Numbered from the stretch's first letter, positions 1 to 10,892 are shown. The stretch is 64,000 nt of DNA from an uncultured Gemmatimonadaceae bacterium (GCA_963829055.1 CAWHHI010000004.1:480001-544000); one strand, 5' to 3'. Translations and numbers: made by a program. Notes: generated from the sequence alone by a model not told the origin.

Positions 1-53
1 CTCTGAGCCGTCTGCGTTGCGTAGTGCCATACTGACCACGATGACCGTCGAGA

Positions 54-81
54 AGGTCCCTCGCTGGCGCTCGGGATGACA
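54..81. repeat. REP/MITE-like palindromic family A (right arm GGTCCCTCGCT..GCTCGGGATGACA)
   Basis: Same arm as the copies at 5249, 11916, 22180, 27592, 31958 and 54153. Confidence 0.75.
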
Positions 82-86
82 GCCAT

Positions 87-2478
87 TCACGTCTGCTTGC
101 GACGTTCCACCAGGCGTTCGAGCTGCTGCTTGCCGGACCGATACTGCCACGGCCACCACTGGTCCGTGTAGCCAAGCTCCGCGGCCGCGTGCAGCGTCCA
201 CGCGGGGTCGCTCAGGTGCGGGCGGGCGAGCGCGACGAGGTCGGCGCGGCCCGCGGCGATGATCGAGTTCACCTGATCCGGCTCGGTGACGTTGCCGACC
301 GCGATCGTCGGGATGCGCGCCTCGTTGCGAATGCGATCGCTGAACGGCGTCTGCCACATGCGGCCGTAGACCGGCTTTGCGTCGGGCGACGTCTGGCCCG
401 TCGAGACGTGAATGATGTCGGCGCCCGCCGCGATGAACGCGCGCGCGATGTGCACGGCGTCCTCGCCGGTGACGCCGCCCTCCACCCAGTCCGTAGCCGA
501 GATGCGAACGGACATCGGTCGCTCCGCCGGCCAGACGGCGCGCATGGCGGCGAACACCTCGAGCGGGAAGCGGATGCGGTTCTCGAGCGAGCCGCCGTAC
601 TCGTCGTTGCGTTGGTTGGCGAGCGGCGTGATGAAGCTCGAGAGGAGGTAGCCGTGGGCGCAGTGCAGCTCGACCATGTCGAAGCCGCAGCCGATCGCCA
701 GCTCGGTCGAGCGCGCGAACTGCGTCGCGCACGCGTGTCCATGTCGGCGCGGGACATGTCGCGCGGCACCTGCATGGTCGGACGATGCGGGAGCGGCGAC
801 GGGCCCATGACTTCCCAGTTGCCTTCGTCGAGCGGGATGTCGGTGCCCTCGAGACCGAGCTTCGTCGAGCCCTTGCGGCCGGAGTGTCCGAGCTGGAGGC
901 AGATCTTCGCGGGCGAGCGCTCGTGCACGAAGTCGACGATGCGCGTCCACCCGCGCACGTGCTCGGGCGCGTACATGCCGGTGCAGCCGAACGTGATGCG
1001 CCCTTCCGGCGACACGCAGGCCATCTCGGTGAACACGAGCCCGGCGCCGCCGAGCGCTCGCGCGCCGAGGTGCACGAGATGGAAGTCGTTAGGCACGCCG
1101 TCGACGGCGCTGTAGACGTCCATCGGAGAAACGACGATCCGGTTGGGGAGCGTCGAGATCGCGTAGACGGTAGGGCGTGAACATTGGCGGCGGAGCCGCG
1201 GGAATCGGGAATGGGGAATCGGGAATCGAGGCTGCACGCTGCGCACGAGTCGCACTCGTATTCAGGTCCCCGATTCCCGATTCCCGCTTCCCGATTCCCG
1301 ACTCGCGAACCACCGCTCTACGCCCTTCGAGATACGTCCTGTCGCGCAAGCGCAGGTTCTCATGGCTCACCCGCTGGCTCCGCGTCAGCAGACTGTACGC
1401 GAACTGCTCCGGCGGCAGGTGGATGTAGCGACGCACGTTCTCGAACCACTCCATCGAGTTGCGGGCCGCGTTCTGCAGTCGCAGGGCTTCGGTGCTGCGC
1501 TCGTCCTGGTACCGCTGAGAGCGCAGGCCGTGCAGCGCGCCGTCGTCGTAGGCTCCGGCGCGGCTCGTTCAGCACACGTGACAGCGCGATCGCGTCCTCC
1601 ATCGCCAGCTTCGTTCCCGAGCCGATCGAGAAGTGCGCCGTGTGCGCCGCGTCGCCGATCAGCACGACGTTGTCGTGGAACCACGACGCGTTGCGCACGA
1701 TCGGGAAGTTGAGCCACTGCGAGCCACGGAGGTGGCGCATGTTCGTGAGCAGGCGGATGGCCGTCGAGCCACGGCGCGAACATGCGCTCGCACGTCGCGA
1801 TCGATCTCGTCGGTGTTCATCCGGTCGAAGCCGGCGCTCGACCACGAGCGCTCGTCGCACTCGACGATGAACGCGGACTGTGTGCTCGTCGAATCGGTAC
1901 GCGTGCGCCTGGAAGACGCCGCACTCGTTCTCCACGAACGCGAACGTGAACGCGTCGAACAGGCGCGTGGTGCCGAGCCAGAATGTACTTCGCGTGGCGA
2001 ACATCGATCTCGGGCCGGAAGTGCTCGGCGAATCGCTTCCGGATGCCGCTGTTCACGCCGTCCGCGGCGACGAGCAGGTCGTACTCGCCGAGGTCCCACG
2101 GCGGCGACGTCGGCGGAGTACTCGGTGCGGAAGCGGACGTCGACGCCGAGCTCGATCGCGCGTCGCGCGAGGATCTGCGAGCAGCGTGCGCCGCGCGATG
2201 CCGCTGAAGCCGTGGCCACCCGACGTGATCGTCACGCCCTGCACGTGCACGTCGATGTCGTCCCAGTGCGCGAAGTGATCCGTGATCGCCTGGTACGTCT
2301 CGGGGTCGGCGTCGCGAAAGTTCTCCATCGTCTGATCGGAGAACACGACGCCCCAGCCGAACGTGTCGTCGGCGGCGTTGCGCTCGATCAGCGTGACGTC
2401 GTGCGCCGCGTTCGCCTTCTTCATGAGAAGGGCGAAGTACAGGCCAGCCGGCCCTCCGCCGATGACGACGACCTTCAC
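87..2478 (-). CDS. abmA: Bifunctional anthraniloyl-CoA/salicylyl-CoA monooxygenase-reductase (FAD hydroxylase + OYE-like FMN oxidoreductase), frameshifted in this read
   Basis: The N-terminus has [26 protein letters not shown] and [23 protein letters not shown]. The middle has [19 protein letters not shown]. The C-terminal OYE domain has [21 protein letters not shown] and [16 protein letters not shown] start at 2478, stop at 87; the pieces lie in several frames. Confidence 0.85.
1199..1300. repeat. Heptamer palindromic element (GGGAATC)n-spacer-(GATTCCC)n inside the abmA interdomain linker
   Basis: CGGGAATCGGGAATGGGGAATCGGGAATCG at 1199-1228 and the inverse CGATTCCCGATTCCCGCTTCCCGATTCCCG at 1271-1300. 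Confidence 0.85.
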
Positions 2479-2714
2479 GCAACCTCGCAGGGGAGGGAGG
2501 GGAGATGGAATGGCGTGCTTCCGGTCGCATTCTAGCCGGGGGAGCCGGCCGGGCAAGGAGGGCACGCGCGCGAGCAGCTCGTCCCGTTCGGCTCGCCCCG
2601 GCGACGGCCGCGCTGTAGTGTGGAGTAGATCACGCTTCGTGTTGGCGTCGGGCGATGTGCACGATCGCGTGCGCTGTGCGTCTTATATGGAGTCGCTGCT
2701 CGCCTCAGGTCTCC

Positions 2715-3383
2715 ATGAATCGCCTGCTCTATCTCGCTGGATTCGCCTACATCGCGTTGTGCGCGACGCTGGTCGTGCGCGCGGTTCGCGATCGCCGAGC
2801 CGCCTCCGGCGCTGTGGTCGCGGTGGCTCACACGCCAACTCCCGCGCCGCCGGCGCCGTCGGACCGGCACGTCAGGCGAGCAGTGGTTCGCGGCGATGAA
2901 GCCGTACTGCAACCCGGTCGAGGTCGACGTGCGGACGCGCTATACACCGCCGCCGGCACGGCAGCGAGGGTGCCGGCTATTCCGCCGCGTGCTTCGCCCT
3001 CGCCGGAAAGATCGAGCGCGCTCGGACGATCATCGACGACATGGCCGCCGGCGACCGCGGCGCCGCGGCGAACGTCCTGTTCAACGTCGCCCATCCCGTG
3101 GCCGACGCCGGCGACGATCGCGCATCCGGACCGATGATGGAGCTCGTGCTCGACTACTGGCCGAACAACTACATGGCGCTCTATCACGCCGGCATGTCGG
3201 AGTACTCGCTCGGGCAGACCGCGCTCGCGGACAAGCACCTGCGCGGATTTCTGTCGATGTACACGCGAAGCGGACGGGTTCACCGGCGCCGCGAAAGCGC
3301 GCTGGCGAAGATCGAGGCTGGCACCGCGCCCGCGCCGGACGTGAAGCCTAACGCGGAGCGGGAACCGCACGGCCCGGCCGTGA
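2715..3383 (+). CDS. Membrane-anchored hypothetical protein with TPR-like helices
   Basis: N-terminal TM segment MNRLLYLAGFAYIALCATLVV, followed by helical repeats (YWPNNYMALYHAGMSEYSLGQ). Probable GTGA overlap with the kinase; frameshifted. Confidence 0.55.
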
Positions 3384-5220
3384 GCGGCAGCTACCTCTCG
3401 GCCGGTTCGCTGTTCGCCGGCCGATTCGAGATCGGCCGCGAGCTGGGCCGCGGCGGCGTGTCGGTCGTGTACGCGGCCCGTGACCGAACGGTCGGGCAGG
3501 ACGTCGCGCTCAAGCTGCTCGTGCCGTCGCCCGCCACTGCCAACCAGACGCGCGAACGCATGCGCCGCGAGGTGCACGCGGTGCGCGGCCTCGTGCACCC
3601 GAACATCGTGGCCGTGTACGACTTCGTCGAGGACGGCGCGTACGGCGCCGTCATCATGGAGCTCGTGGACGGCGAGGATCTCGATCGTCGCGTCCGGCGA
3701 CGGCGGGCCGCTCCCATCCGAGGATGTCGCACGCCTCGGTACCGAGGTCGCCGGCGCGCTTGGCGCCGCGCATCGACGCGGGTGTGCTGCACCGCGACGT
3801 GAAGCCGCAGAACATCCTGCTCGACCGCGACGGTCGCGCGCGGCTCGCGGACTTCGGCTCTGCGCGAATGGACGGCGATGCCACCATCACGCGCACCGGC
3901 GGCATGGTCGGAACGCTGGCGTACATGGCACCGGAGACGGTCGCGGGCCGCCGCGGCGACGCCCGCGCGGATGTCTTCGCGTTAGGCATGACGCTGTTCT
4001 ACGCGGCGGCCGGGCGTCTCCCCGATCGGCCGTCGCCACACCTGCCGCTTCCTCCGTCGGCGTCCGGCTACACGCCGATCGCGCTCGGCACCGACGTGCC
4101 CACGTGGCTGTCACATGTCATCGCTCGGGCGACGTCGCGCGGACCCGGCCGACCGCTATCCCACGCCGACGGCGCTCGCCGACGCGCTCACGAATCGCGA
4201 TGCGCGCGCCGCGGCAGCGCTGGCCACGCTGTCACGAGGCCGGTGCGTGCTCTGCGGTGGCCTCGACGTGCTCGGGGCCGGCGTGTGTCCGGCGTGCGCG
4301 AGCGCGTCGCAGGTGACGGAGACGCTCGTGTTTCTGGAGCGTCCGCGGAGCGCGTTCGAGCGTGACGCAGCTACTCGAAGCCACGGCCACGCTGCTCGGT
4401 AAGGACGTCCAGCCTGAGATGCTGGCGTGGTCGCGACTGGTGAGCGGCCGCTCATGACGCGCACCACGCGCGGCCGAGCGAGAACGTGCTTCGCTTGTTA
4501 GGCGAGCGCGGGCTCCGCGCGCGAACGCTCTCGGATCGCGATGTGTGGCGCGCGCTGCCGCCGGCGTACGTCCTGATGGTGGGCGGCGTCGTCCTGTCGG
4601 GCATCGTCGGGGGCCTGATTGCCGACAATGCGTTGCTTCGCCGCCGCCGGTCCGGTTGCGCGCTGGTGCTGCTGGTGGCGGCGCGTTGTCGATTCGACGG
4701 CCGATCCTGATCGCGGACCGGCGCCCGTCCGCATTCTCGGACCGGACGCGTGCGCGAGTCGTGGAGACGTTCGCCGCCATGCCCGCCGGGCGCGGCGCGT
4801 TCGCTCCTCGCGGACGTCGTCCGGCGAGGCCAGGCGGTGCGTCGCGCGCTTGCGTTAGGCAGGACTGCGTCAGGCACTGGCGAGACGGTCGATGACCTCG
4901 TGGACGCGGCGTGCGCGTCGGCACGCGACCTTGCGGCGCTCGACGCGAGCCTCGCGCAGTTCGACGCGCGAGCGGGACCGCGACGATGGCGACCCGAAGT
5001 GGCTGGACAGCCTCGTCGAGTGCGAGCGGACGCGCGACGGCGTGGTGCAGCGTCTGCTCGATGCCGTGACGGTGCTGGGTCAGCTCGACATGCAGGCGAT
5101 TCGCGGCACCGACGAGTACAACGGCCCGGCTCGGCGAGCTCGTCGCCGAGATTGGTGAGCGAGGTCAAGGCGCGCTCGGCGGCGCGGGAGGAGATGGAGA
5201 TCCTGTTGGACAGGCCTTAG
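3380..5220 (+). CDS. Hanks-type Ser/Thr protein kinase with CxxC..CxxC zinc finger and TM/coiled C-terminal region
   Basis: ELGRGGVSVVY, VALK, HPNIV, LHRDVKPQNILL, LADFG, GTLAYMAPE, DVFALG; then RCVLCGG..VCPAC. Ends in TAG at 5220. Confidence 0.85.
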
Positions 5221-5248
5221 GAGCGGAGGCTTGGGCAAGGAGGCAGCA

Positions 5249-5356
5249 GTGTCATCCCGAGCGGCAGCGAGGGACCTTGCGTGCGAACGCGTAGCCGAAC
5301 TGGCTACGATGTCATCACGCAGGTCCCTCGTCGCTCAGCGCTCCTCGGGATGACAC
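5249..5356. repeat. REP/MITE-like palindromic element family A, complete copy between convergent genes
   Basis: GTGTCATCCCGAGCGGCAGCGAGGGACCT ... AGGTCCCTCG..CTCGGGATGACAC, with an inner CGTAGCC/GGCTACG hairpin. Confidence 0.8.
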
Positions 5357-5362
5357 CCAGCG

Positions 5363-5798
5363 TCAGTCCGTTTTGCGGTTGTACGGCACGATGTTCTCCC
5401 ACTCGGACGCGTCCGAGCGCGCGACGACCGCGATGACCGGCTCCGTGTCGCTCATGTTGAACACTTCGTGCGGGCACGCCCGGCTCGATGAAAATGAAAT
5501 CGCCCGCCTCGTTCTCCACCGATCTTCCGCAGCCCCGGGCCGTACTCGTGGCGCACGCGCCCCTGGAGGATGTAGAGCATCACCTCGAAGTCGACGTGGA
5601 TGTGCGCGTACGCCACGCCGCCAGGCGGAATCGTCGCGACGTTCATGGAGAGCTTCGTCGCCCCGACGTTCTTCGCCGACAGGCCAGCGCGGTAGCGAAT
5701 GCCATTCCAGCCGCGCAGCGCACCACCACCGCGGATGACGGAAATGCCCTCTCCGCCTTCGACGAATTGCTTCAGATCAAGTCCGTCTCGGTAGCCAT
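5363..5798 (-). CDS. Cupin domain protein
   Basis: IPPGGVAYAHIHVDFEVMLYILQG ... GDFIFIEPGVPH, giving the H-x-H..E..H metal motif; frameshifted. Confidence 0.8.
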
Positions 5799-5856
5799 GG
5801 CGTTGGCCCTCCCCACGTTAGGCGTGCCGCTGTCCGGTGCGTCGCTCATACTTCGC

Positions 5857-6637
5857 TCACGGCGCGATCGCGATGACGCGCAGCGGACTTCCGCTTCCGT
5901 TCACGATCTTGAGCGGTGCGGCGATGACCACCGCCCCCGTCGCTGGAAGCTGGTCCAGATTGCACAGGCTCGCCAGACCGAACTTGCCGGCGCCGTGCAT
6001 CGTCGTGTGGTTGGGGAACGGCGGGTCGAATCGTCCGGCCTGACCCGCGTCGGTGCCGATCGTCTCCACGCCGACGCCGAGGACGTCCCGGTCGTGCGCG
6101 AGCAACTTCGACGTGTCCGTGGTGGAAGCCGGGCGCGTGCGGCCCGTCCTCGGCGACGTTCAGGAATTCAGCCGCCGTCTTTCGCTTGCTCCAGCCGGTA
6201 CGCAGCAGCACCCACGCATTCCGTCGGCACGCGGCCATGCTCGCGCTCCCACCGCTCGAGATCCTGTGGCGTGAGCAGATAGTCCGGGTTGGCCTCGACC
6301 TCGCGCGTGACGTCGATGACGCACGCCGGCCCGACGAAGCGGCGCGGCCGGGATCGTGTCGCAGGCGTTGTTAGGCAGGTCCTTGCCCGTCACCCAGTGC
6401 ACCGGCGCGTCGAAGTGCGTGCCGGTGTGCTCGCCCATGTGGATCGTGTTCCAGTACCAGGCAGGCCCTTTGTCGTCGTAACGCGAGATGACGTCGATCG
6501 TCACGCCGGGCGACGGCCGCGAAGATCGGCGGCAGCCCGATCACCGGCGTGTCAGGCCCGAGCGGCTGCGTGAGGTCGATGATGCGGAGTCGGCCGGCAT
6601 CGAGCTCGGCGACGAGTTGCTGCAGGATGGTGGACAT
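5857..6637 (-). CDS. Cyclase-family (KynB-like) amidohydrolase, isatin hydrolase-like subgroup
   Basis: IIDLTQPL, GPAWYWN..GEHTGTHFDAPVHWVTGKD, WVLLRTGWS, FLNVAEDGPHAPG, GVETIGTDAGQ, APLKIVNGSGSPLRV. Its ATG overlaps the upstream TGA (TGATG at 6635-6639). Confidence 0.85.
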
Positions 6638-7230
6638 CAGGTGGCGGGTGACGAGGAACGGGATGCGGCTGCCTTCTTGAGCCAGCGCTGGAACTCGAAT
6701 CGGTTCTCGAGCAGCGCGAGGTCGGTCACGAAGCCGGCCGGGCCCTTGGCCTCGACCTTCGCGACGATCGTCGTCAACTCCTGCGCGGCGAGCGCCGCGT
6801 CGAACGCGGCGACGAACTCGTCGAGCGTACGAACGGTGACGGTGCGCGGAATGCCGGCCGCGGCGGCCATGCCCGCGATGTCGCTGCCGGTGGACGTCGC
6901 CGTCGGAAATCCGCCCACGGACAGCAGGCTCTCGTTGTCGAACACGACGTGCACGAGATTGCGCGGGCGATAGCGCGCGAGCGTCGTTAGGCCGCCGAGG
7001 TTCATGAGGATGGACCCGTCACCGTCGAAGACGACGACCGAGAGCTCCGGCCGCGTGAGCGCGACGCCGAGCCCCATGGACGACGCGAGTCCCATGGCGT
7101 GCTGCAGGTAGAAGAAGTTCGGCCGGTGCCCGATGGCCTGCAGCTCGGCCGCGACCGCGCCCATGATCGTGATGACCACGCGGTCGGTGAGCTGCTCGTA
7201 GACCGATTTCAGCGCGTCGAGTCGGAGCAT
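6637..7230 (-). CDS. ThDP-dependent decarboxylase beta subunit (ComE/phosphonopyruvate decarboxylase-like)
   Basis: Intact ORF with MGLASSMGLGVAL and the ThDP-binding motif DGDGSILMNLG...VFDN. Confidence 0.85.
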   Translation of the reverse strand: MLRLDALKSVYEQLTDRVVITIMGAVAAELQAIGHRPNFFYLQHAMGLASSMGLGVALTRPELSVVVFDGDGSILMNLGGLTTLARYRPRNLVHVVFDNESLLSVGGFPTATSTGSDIAGMAAAAGIPRTVTVRTLDEFVAAFDAALAAQELTTIVAKVEAKGPAGFVTDLALLENRFEFQRWLKKAAASRSSSPAT

Positions 7231-7242
7231 CGATGCGGGTCT

Positions 7243-7340
7243 CGGGGAATCGGGAATCGGGAATGGGGACTCGCGACTCGGTCGCTGGATGGCGTCGATG
7301 TCGGTTCCGCCGATTCCCGATTCCCGATTCCCGATTCCCG
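7243..7340. repeat. Heptamer palindromic element (GGGAATC)n..(GATTCCC)n between the decarboxylase subunits
   Basis: GGGGAATCGGGAATCGGGAATGGGGA ... CGATTCCCGATTCCCGATTCCCGATTCCCG; same family as 1199-1300. Confidence 0.85.
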
Positions 7341-7342
7341 CA

Positions 7343-7924
7343 TCATTCTTCCCACATCAGATCGCGACACAGCAGCAAGGCTACCGGCTTGTTCGACGAG
7401 TACGCGAGCGTCTGCGCTTTGCGGATGCGATGCGCGACGTGACCGGGCGCATCGAGATACGCGAACGGAATGCGCAGCGCCTGCAGCACGTGCTCGGTGA
7501 CGCCACCACCCTCGGTCTGCCACGGGTCGCGCTCGCCGAACTCGCCGCGATGACTGATCAGCATCAGCAGCGGAATGCGGTAGAGCTGCGCGCACGAGAC
7601 GATCCCGTTCACCGACGCGAGAAAGCCGTGGTTCTGCATGAGCATCGCGGACTTCGTCCCGGCGAGGTGCGCGCCCGCCGAGATGCCGACGCCTTCCTCC
7701 TCTTTCGCGAGGCGCACCAGCACCATCTCCGGATCCTCCTCGGCCATCCGGATGAGATGCACGAGCCACGTCTCCGGCAGCGCCGAGACGAGACCGATGC
7801 CGCACTCCTTCAGCGCGTCGTAGATGAGACGGGAGCTGTCGACGGAGACGGGCAAGGTGAGAGCTGCGCTGGTTGCTGGGTGGTCGTGCTTGTTGCTGGG
7901 TGACGCTGGGTGCATGCGTCCCAC
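7343..7924 (-). CDS. ThDP-dependent decarboxylase alpha subunit (ComD-like)
   Basis: YDALKECGI..SALPETWL, KEEEGVGISAGAHLAG, MLMQNHG, IPLLMLISHRGEFGE..WQ. Confidence 0.85.
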   Translation of the reverse strand: MGRMHPASPSNKHDHPATSAALTLPVSVDSSRLIYDALKECGIGLVSALPETWLVHLIRMAEEDPEMVLVRLAKEEEGVGISAGAHLAGTKSAMLMQNHGFLASVNGIVSCAQLYRIPLLMLISHRGEFGERDPWQTEGGGVTEHVLQALRIPFAYLDAPGHVAHRIRKAQTLAYSSNKPVALLLCRDLMWEE

Positions 7925-8100
7925 CGTGTGCGTCTAGCTCATAGCCAATACGCCACCGCGCGTCCAGACCGGCGAGAGAACACGAAGCCGTCGGATACGG
8001 GCCTGATGCCTGACACTCGTACTGAGTGACTGACGCACTGGAACTGGCCATGCCGCCGCCGGATGCCCAGCCCTGTACACGCATCGCAGCACGCAGCAGT

Positions 8101-9479
8101 CTACGGCGCCCCAACCCGATGAAGGACGTCGGTCAGTAGCCACCACACGCCCACGAGCAGCAGTGCGCCGGGGATGACCCACCGAATCCACAAGTACAGC
8201 CAGTTCGGCACCGGTCGCTCGCCGCCCGCCGAGAGCGCCTGAATGGCGTCGCTCCGCTTCATTGCCCAGCCGACCGTCACCGCCGCCACCAGCGCGCCGA
8301 GCGTCTGCATGCCCGAGCCGAATGTCAGGTCCCACGGTACGAAGATCTGGTTGTTGATCATCGGCGGGATCGCGATGAGGAACGCGACGATCGCGACGAG
8401 CCACACGACGGTTCGTCTCGACAGTCGCGTGTTGTCGGTCAGCGCGGCGACGAGCACCTCGAACGCCGCGAGGCCCGACAGGTATCCTGCGCCGAGCAGG
8501 CTGACGAAGAACAGCAGGCCGAACAGCCATCCAGCTGGAATGGCCGCAAACACCTTCGGCAGCGTCGCGAAGATGAGCCCGGGTCCGCTGTTCGGCTCGA
8601 GGCCGAGCGAGAACACCGCGGGGAAGATCGCGAACCCGGCGAGCAGCCCGGAGAACGTGTCGCCGAACGCCGTCCACCACGCGTTCGCCGTGAGGTTGTC
8701 CTTGCTCGGTGAGGTACGAGCCGTACACGACCATGAACGTGCCGCCGAGCGAGAGCGAGAACACGGCGTGGCCGATGGCGGCGATCATCACGCGCGGCGT
8801 GAGGTCGGCCACCTGGAACTTGAGGATGTACCACTCGACGCCCGCCCAGGCGTTAGGCAGCGTCATCGCGCGGGCGATGAGGATGACGAGAATGACGCAC
8901 AGCAGCGGGATGACGATCCGCGCCGCGCGCTCGATCCCCCGGCGCAGCCCGCGCAGCAGGATGAACGCACACGAGAGCGTCACCGCCGCCGTGCAGCCCA
9001 TCTGCAGCACGCAGCGACTTGGCGGAGACTCCCGTGTCGGGCGGCAGCACCGCGGACGCATCGAACCCGACGTGCACGGCGCGAGCGATCTCGCCCAGGG
9101 CGTAGTAGACGACCCAGCCGATCACGTTGATGTAGTAGCCGGTCGCCGCCACGACGATGACGAAGAAGAACCACCCGACCGCCTTTCCCGCGGGCAGCCC
9201 TGCGCGCTCGAACGCACCCACCGTGCCGCGCCGCGTGTACCTGCCTAACGCCGTCTCCGCCATGAGCCCCGGCACACCGATCACCAGCACGACCAGTACG
9301 TAGAACAGGACGAACGCCGCGCCGCCGAAGCGGCCGACCATGTACGGGAATCGCCAGACGTTGCCGAGCCCGAGCGCGAAGCCGATCATCGTGATGATCG
9401 CGCCGAACCGCGACGCGAACGTCTCGCGCGCGCCGCCCGCGTCCGTGAGGCCGGAGATCGTTGTCGTCGTGTCGGTCAT
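8101..9479 (-). CDS. Sodium-dependent transporter, NSS/SNF (LeuT/TnaT) family
   Basis: FALGLGNVWRFPYMVGRFGGAAF, EXALG, FSLSLGG..MVVYGSY, GPGLIFATLP; about 12 hydrophobic segments across frames. Confidence 0.85.
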
Positions 9480-10654
9480 TCGCGGTCCGACGGCGTCGTG
9501 CAGCACCGACGCGAGCGTGTCGAGCGCCTGATCGACGTCGTCGAGCGTCGAATAGAAGTGCGGCGACAAGCCGGATCACGCTCCCGCGCGCGGACGGGAT
9601 GATGCCGCGCGCGCGCATCCGCCGCTCCACCGTCGCGGAATCGGCGCCGACCCAGAACGCCGTCGTCGGCGCCTTGCCCTCCGGCGTTGGGCGTGCCGTG
9701 CAGCACGAGCCCACGCGCCGCACCACCAGTCACCAGTCGCTCCGACAACACGCGCGTCCACTCTGCCACGTCGCGCGGGGCCGACTTCGTGAATGATCTC
9801 GAGCCCCGCGCGCGCGATGTACGCGTTGATGATGGGCGGCGTCCCGCCGTCGAAGCGGCGCGCGCCGGGCGCCCAGTCGAGCGCCGTCGCGTCGAACGCG
9901 AACGGATTCACGCGACCGAACCAGCCGGTCACCGTCGGGCGAAGCTGCTCGGCCAGATCACGCCGCACGTAGAGGAACGCGATGCCCGCGCATGCCATGA
10001 GGTACTTGAGCGTGCCGCCGGCGAGCGCATCGACGCCCAGCGCTTTCACGTCGATCGGTTCGGTGCCGAGCGTCTGGTAGGCGTCGACGAACGTGAGCGC
10101 GCCGCGTGCTCGTGCGATGCGCGCGACGGCGCCGATGTCGTGCTTGAAGCCGTTCACGAAGTACGCGTGACACGCGGAGACGACGCGCGTTCGGTCGTCG
10201 ATCCTCGCTTCGTACTCGCTCGCGTCGATCGTCCCGTCGTTCGACAGCGGCACCCAGTGCACCTCCGCGCCGCGTGACTGCTGCGCGAGCCACACGTGAC
10301 CGACGGTCGGGAACTCAGCGGCGCTCGCGAGCACGCGGTTCGCGCGGTCGGGTCGAACCGCAGCGCGCTGGCCAGCGCACTCACCGCCTGCGACACGGAG
10401 CTCGTCACGGCGACTTCATCGACGTGCGCGTTGATCAGCCGAGCGAACGACTGCCGCGCTCGCTCGACCTCGGCGACCCACGCGTCCCAGTCCATGCCGT
10501 CGCGCCCCCACGAGTCGAGGTACGCGTCGGCCGCCGCTCGCGTCGCGTCAGTCTGCGGCGCCTGCGAGCAGTTGTTCATCGGGATCGCGTGCGCGAGCAA
10601 CGGAATGCGCGAGCGCCAACGGGCGAGGTCGTACGCGGGCGTTGGTGATGTCAC
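9476..10654 (-). CDS. Class V PLP-dependent enzyme, kynureninase-like
   Basis: EFPT, FVDAYQTLG, GGTLKYL (PLP Lys), AFLYVR, P..TGWFG, RRFDGGTP, IRLSPHFYST. Confidence 0.75.
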
Positions 10655-10892
10655 GTCGGAGATGTCACGTCGAGGAATCCGCGTCTGGTGGTGCTCGGAG
10701 TAGTCGCCGCGTTGTGGCGATGCGAGGGCTGGTCGCGAGCCGCGCAACGTTGCAGCACGCGCTGGCGGGAGGGAAGCCCGTTGCAGCCGTTGCCACTTGG
10801 CCGCCTCGGCGACTGACACTAGCTTCGCGGGCCTGAACGGCCCGCTCGTCGATTCGCGACTGGCGGTGCCAGCACCTCGACCCAACTTCCGA

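Noticed and set aside
3041..3802. Apparent TPR-kinase fusion ORF
   Set aside because: A GTGA overlap at 3380-3383 suggests two coupled genes joined by an indel; a true fusion is not fully excluded.
6637..7924. Coenzyme M or phosphonate biosynthesis cluster
   Set aside because: No comA/B/C, PEP mutase or related genes are in the window, and the neighbours point to aromatic catabolism.
8853..9569. Apparent fusion of the PLP enzyme C-terminus to the NSS transporter
   Set aside because: An ATGA stop/start overlap exists at 9476-9479 one frame away, so a single indel explains it.
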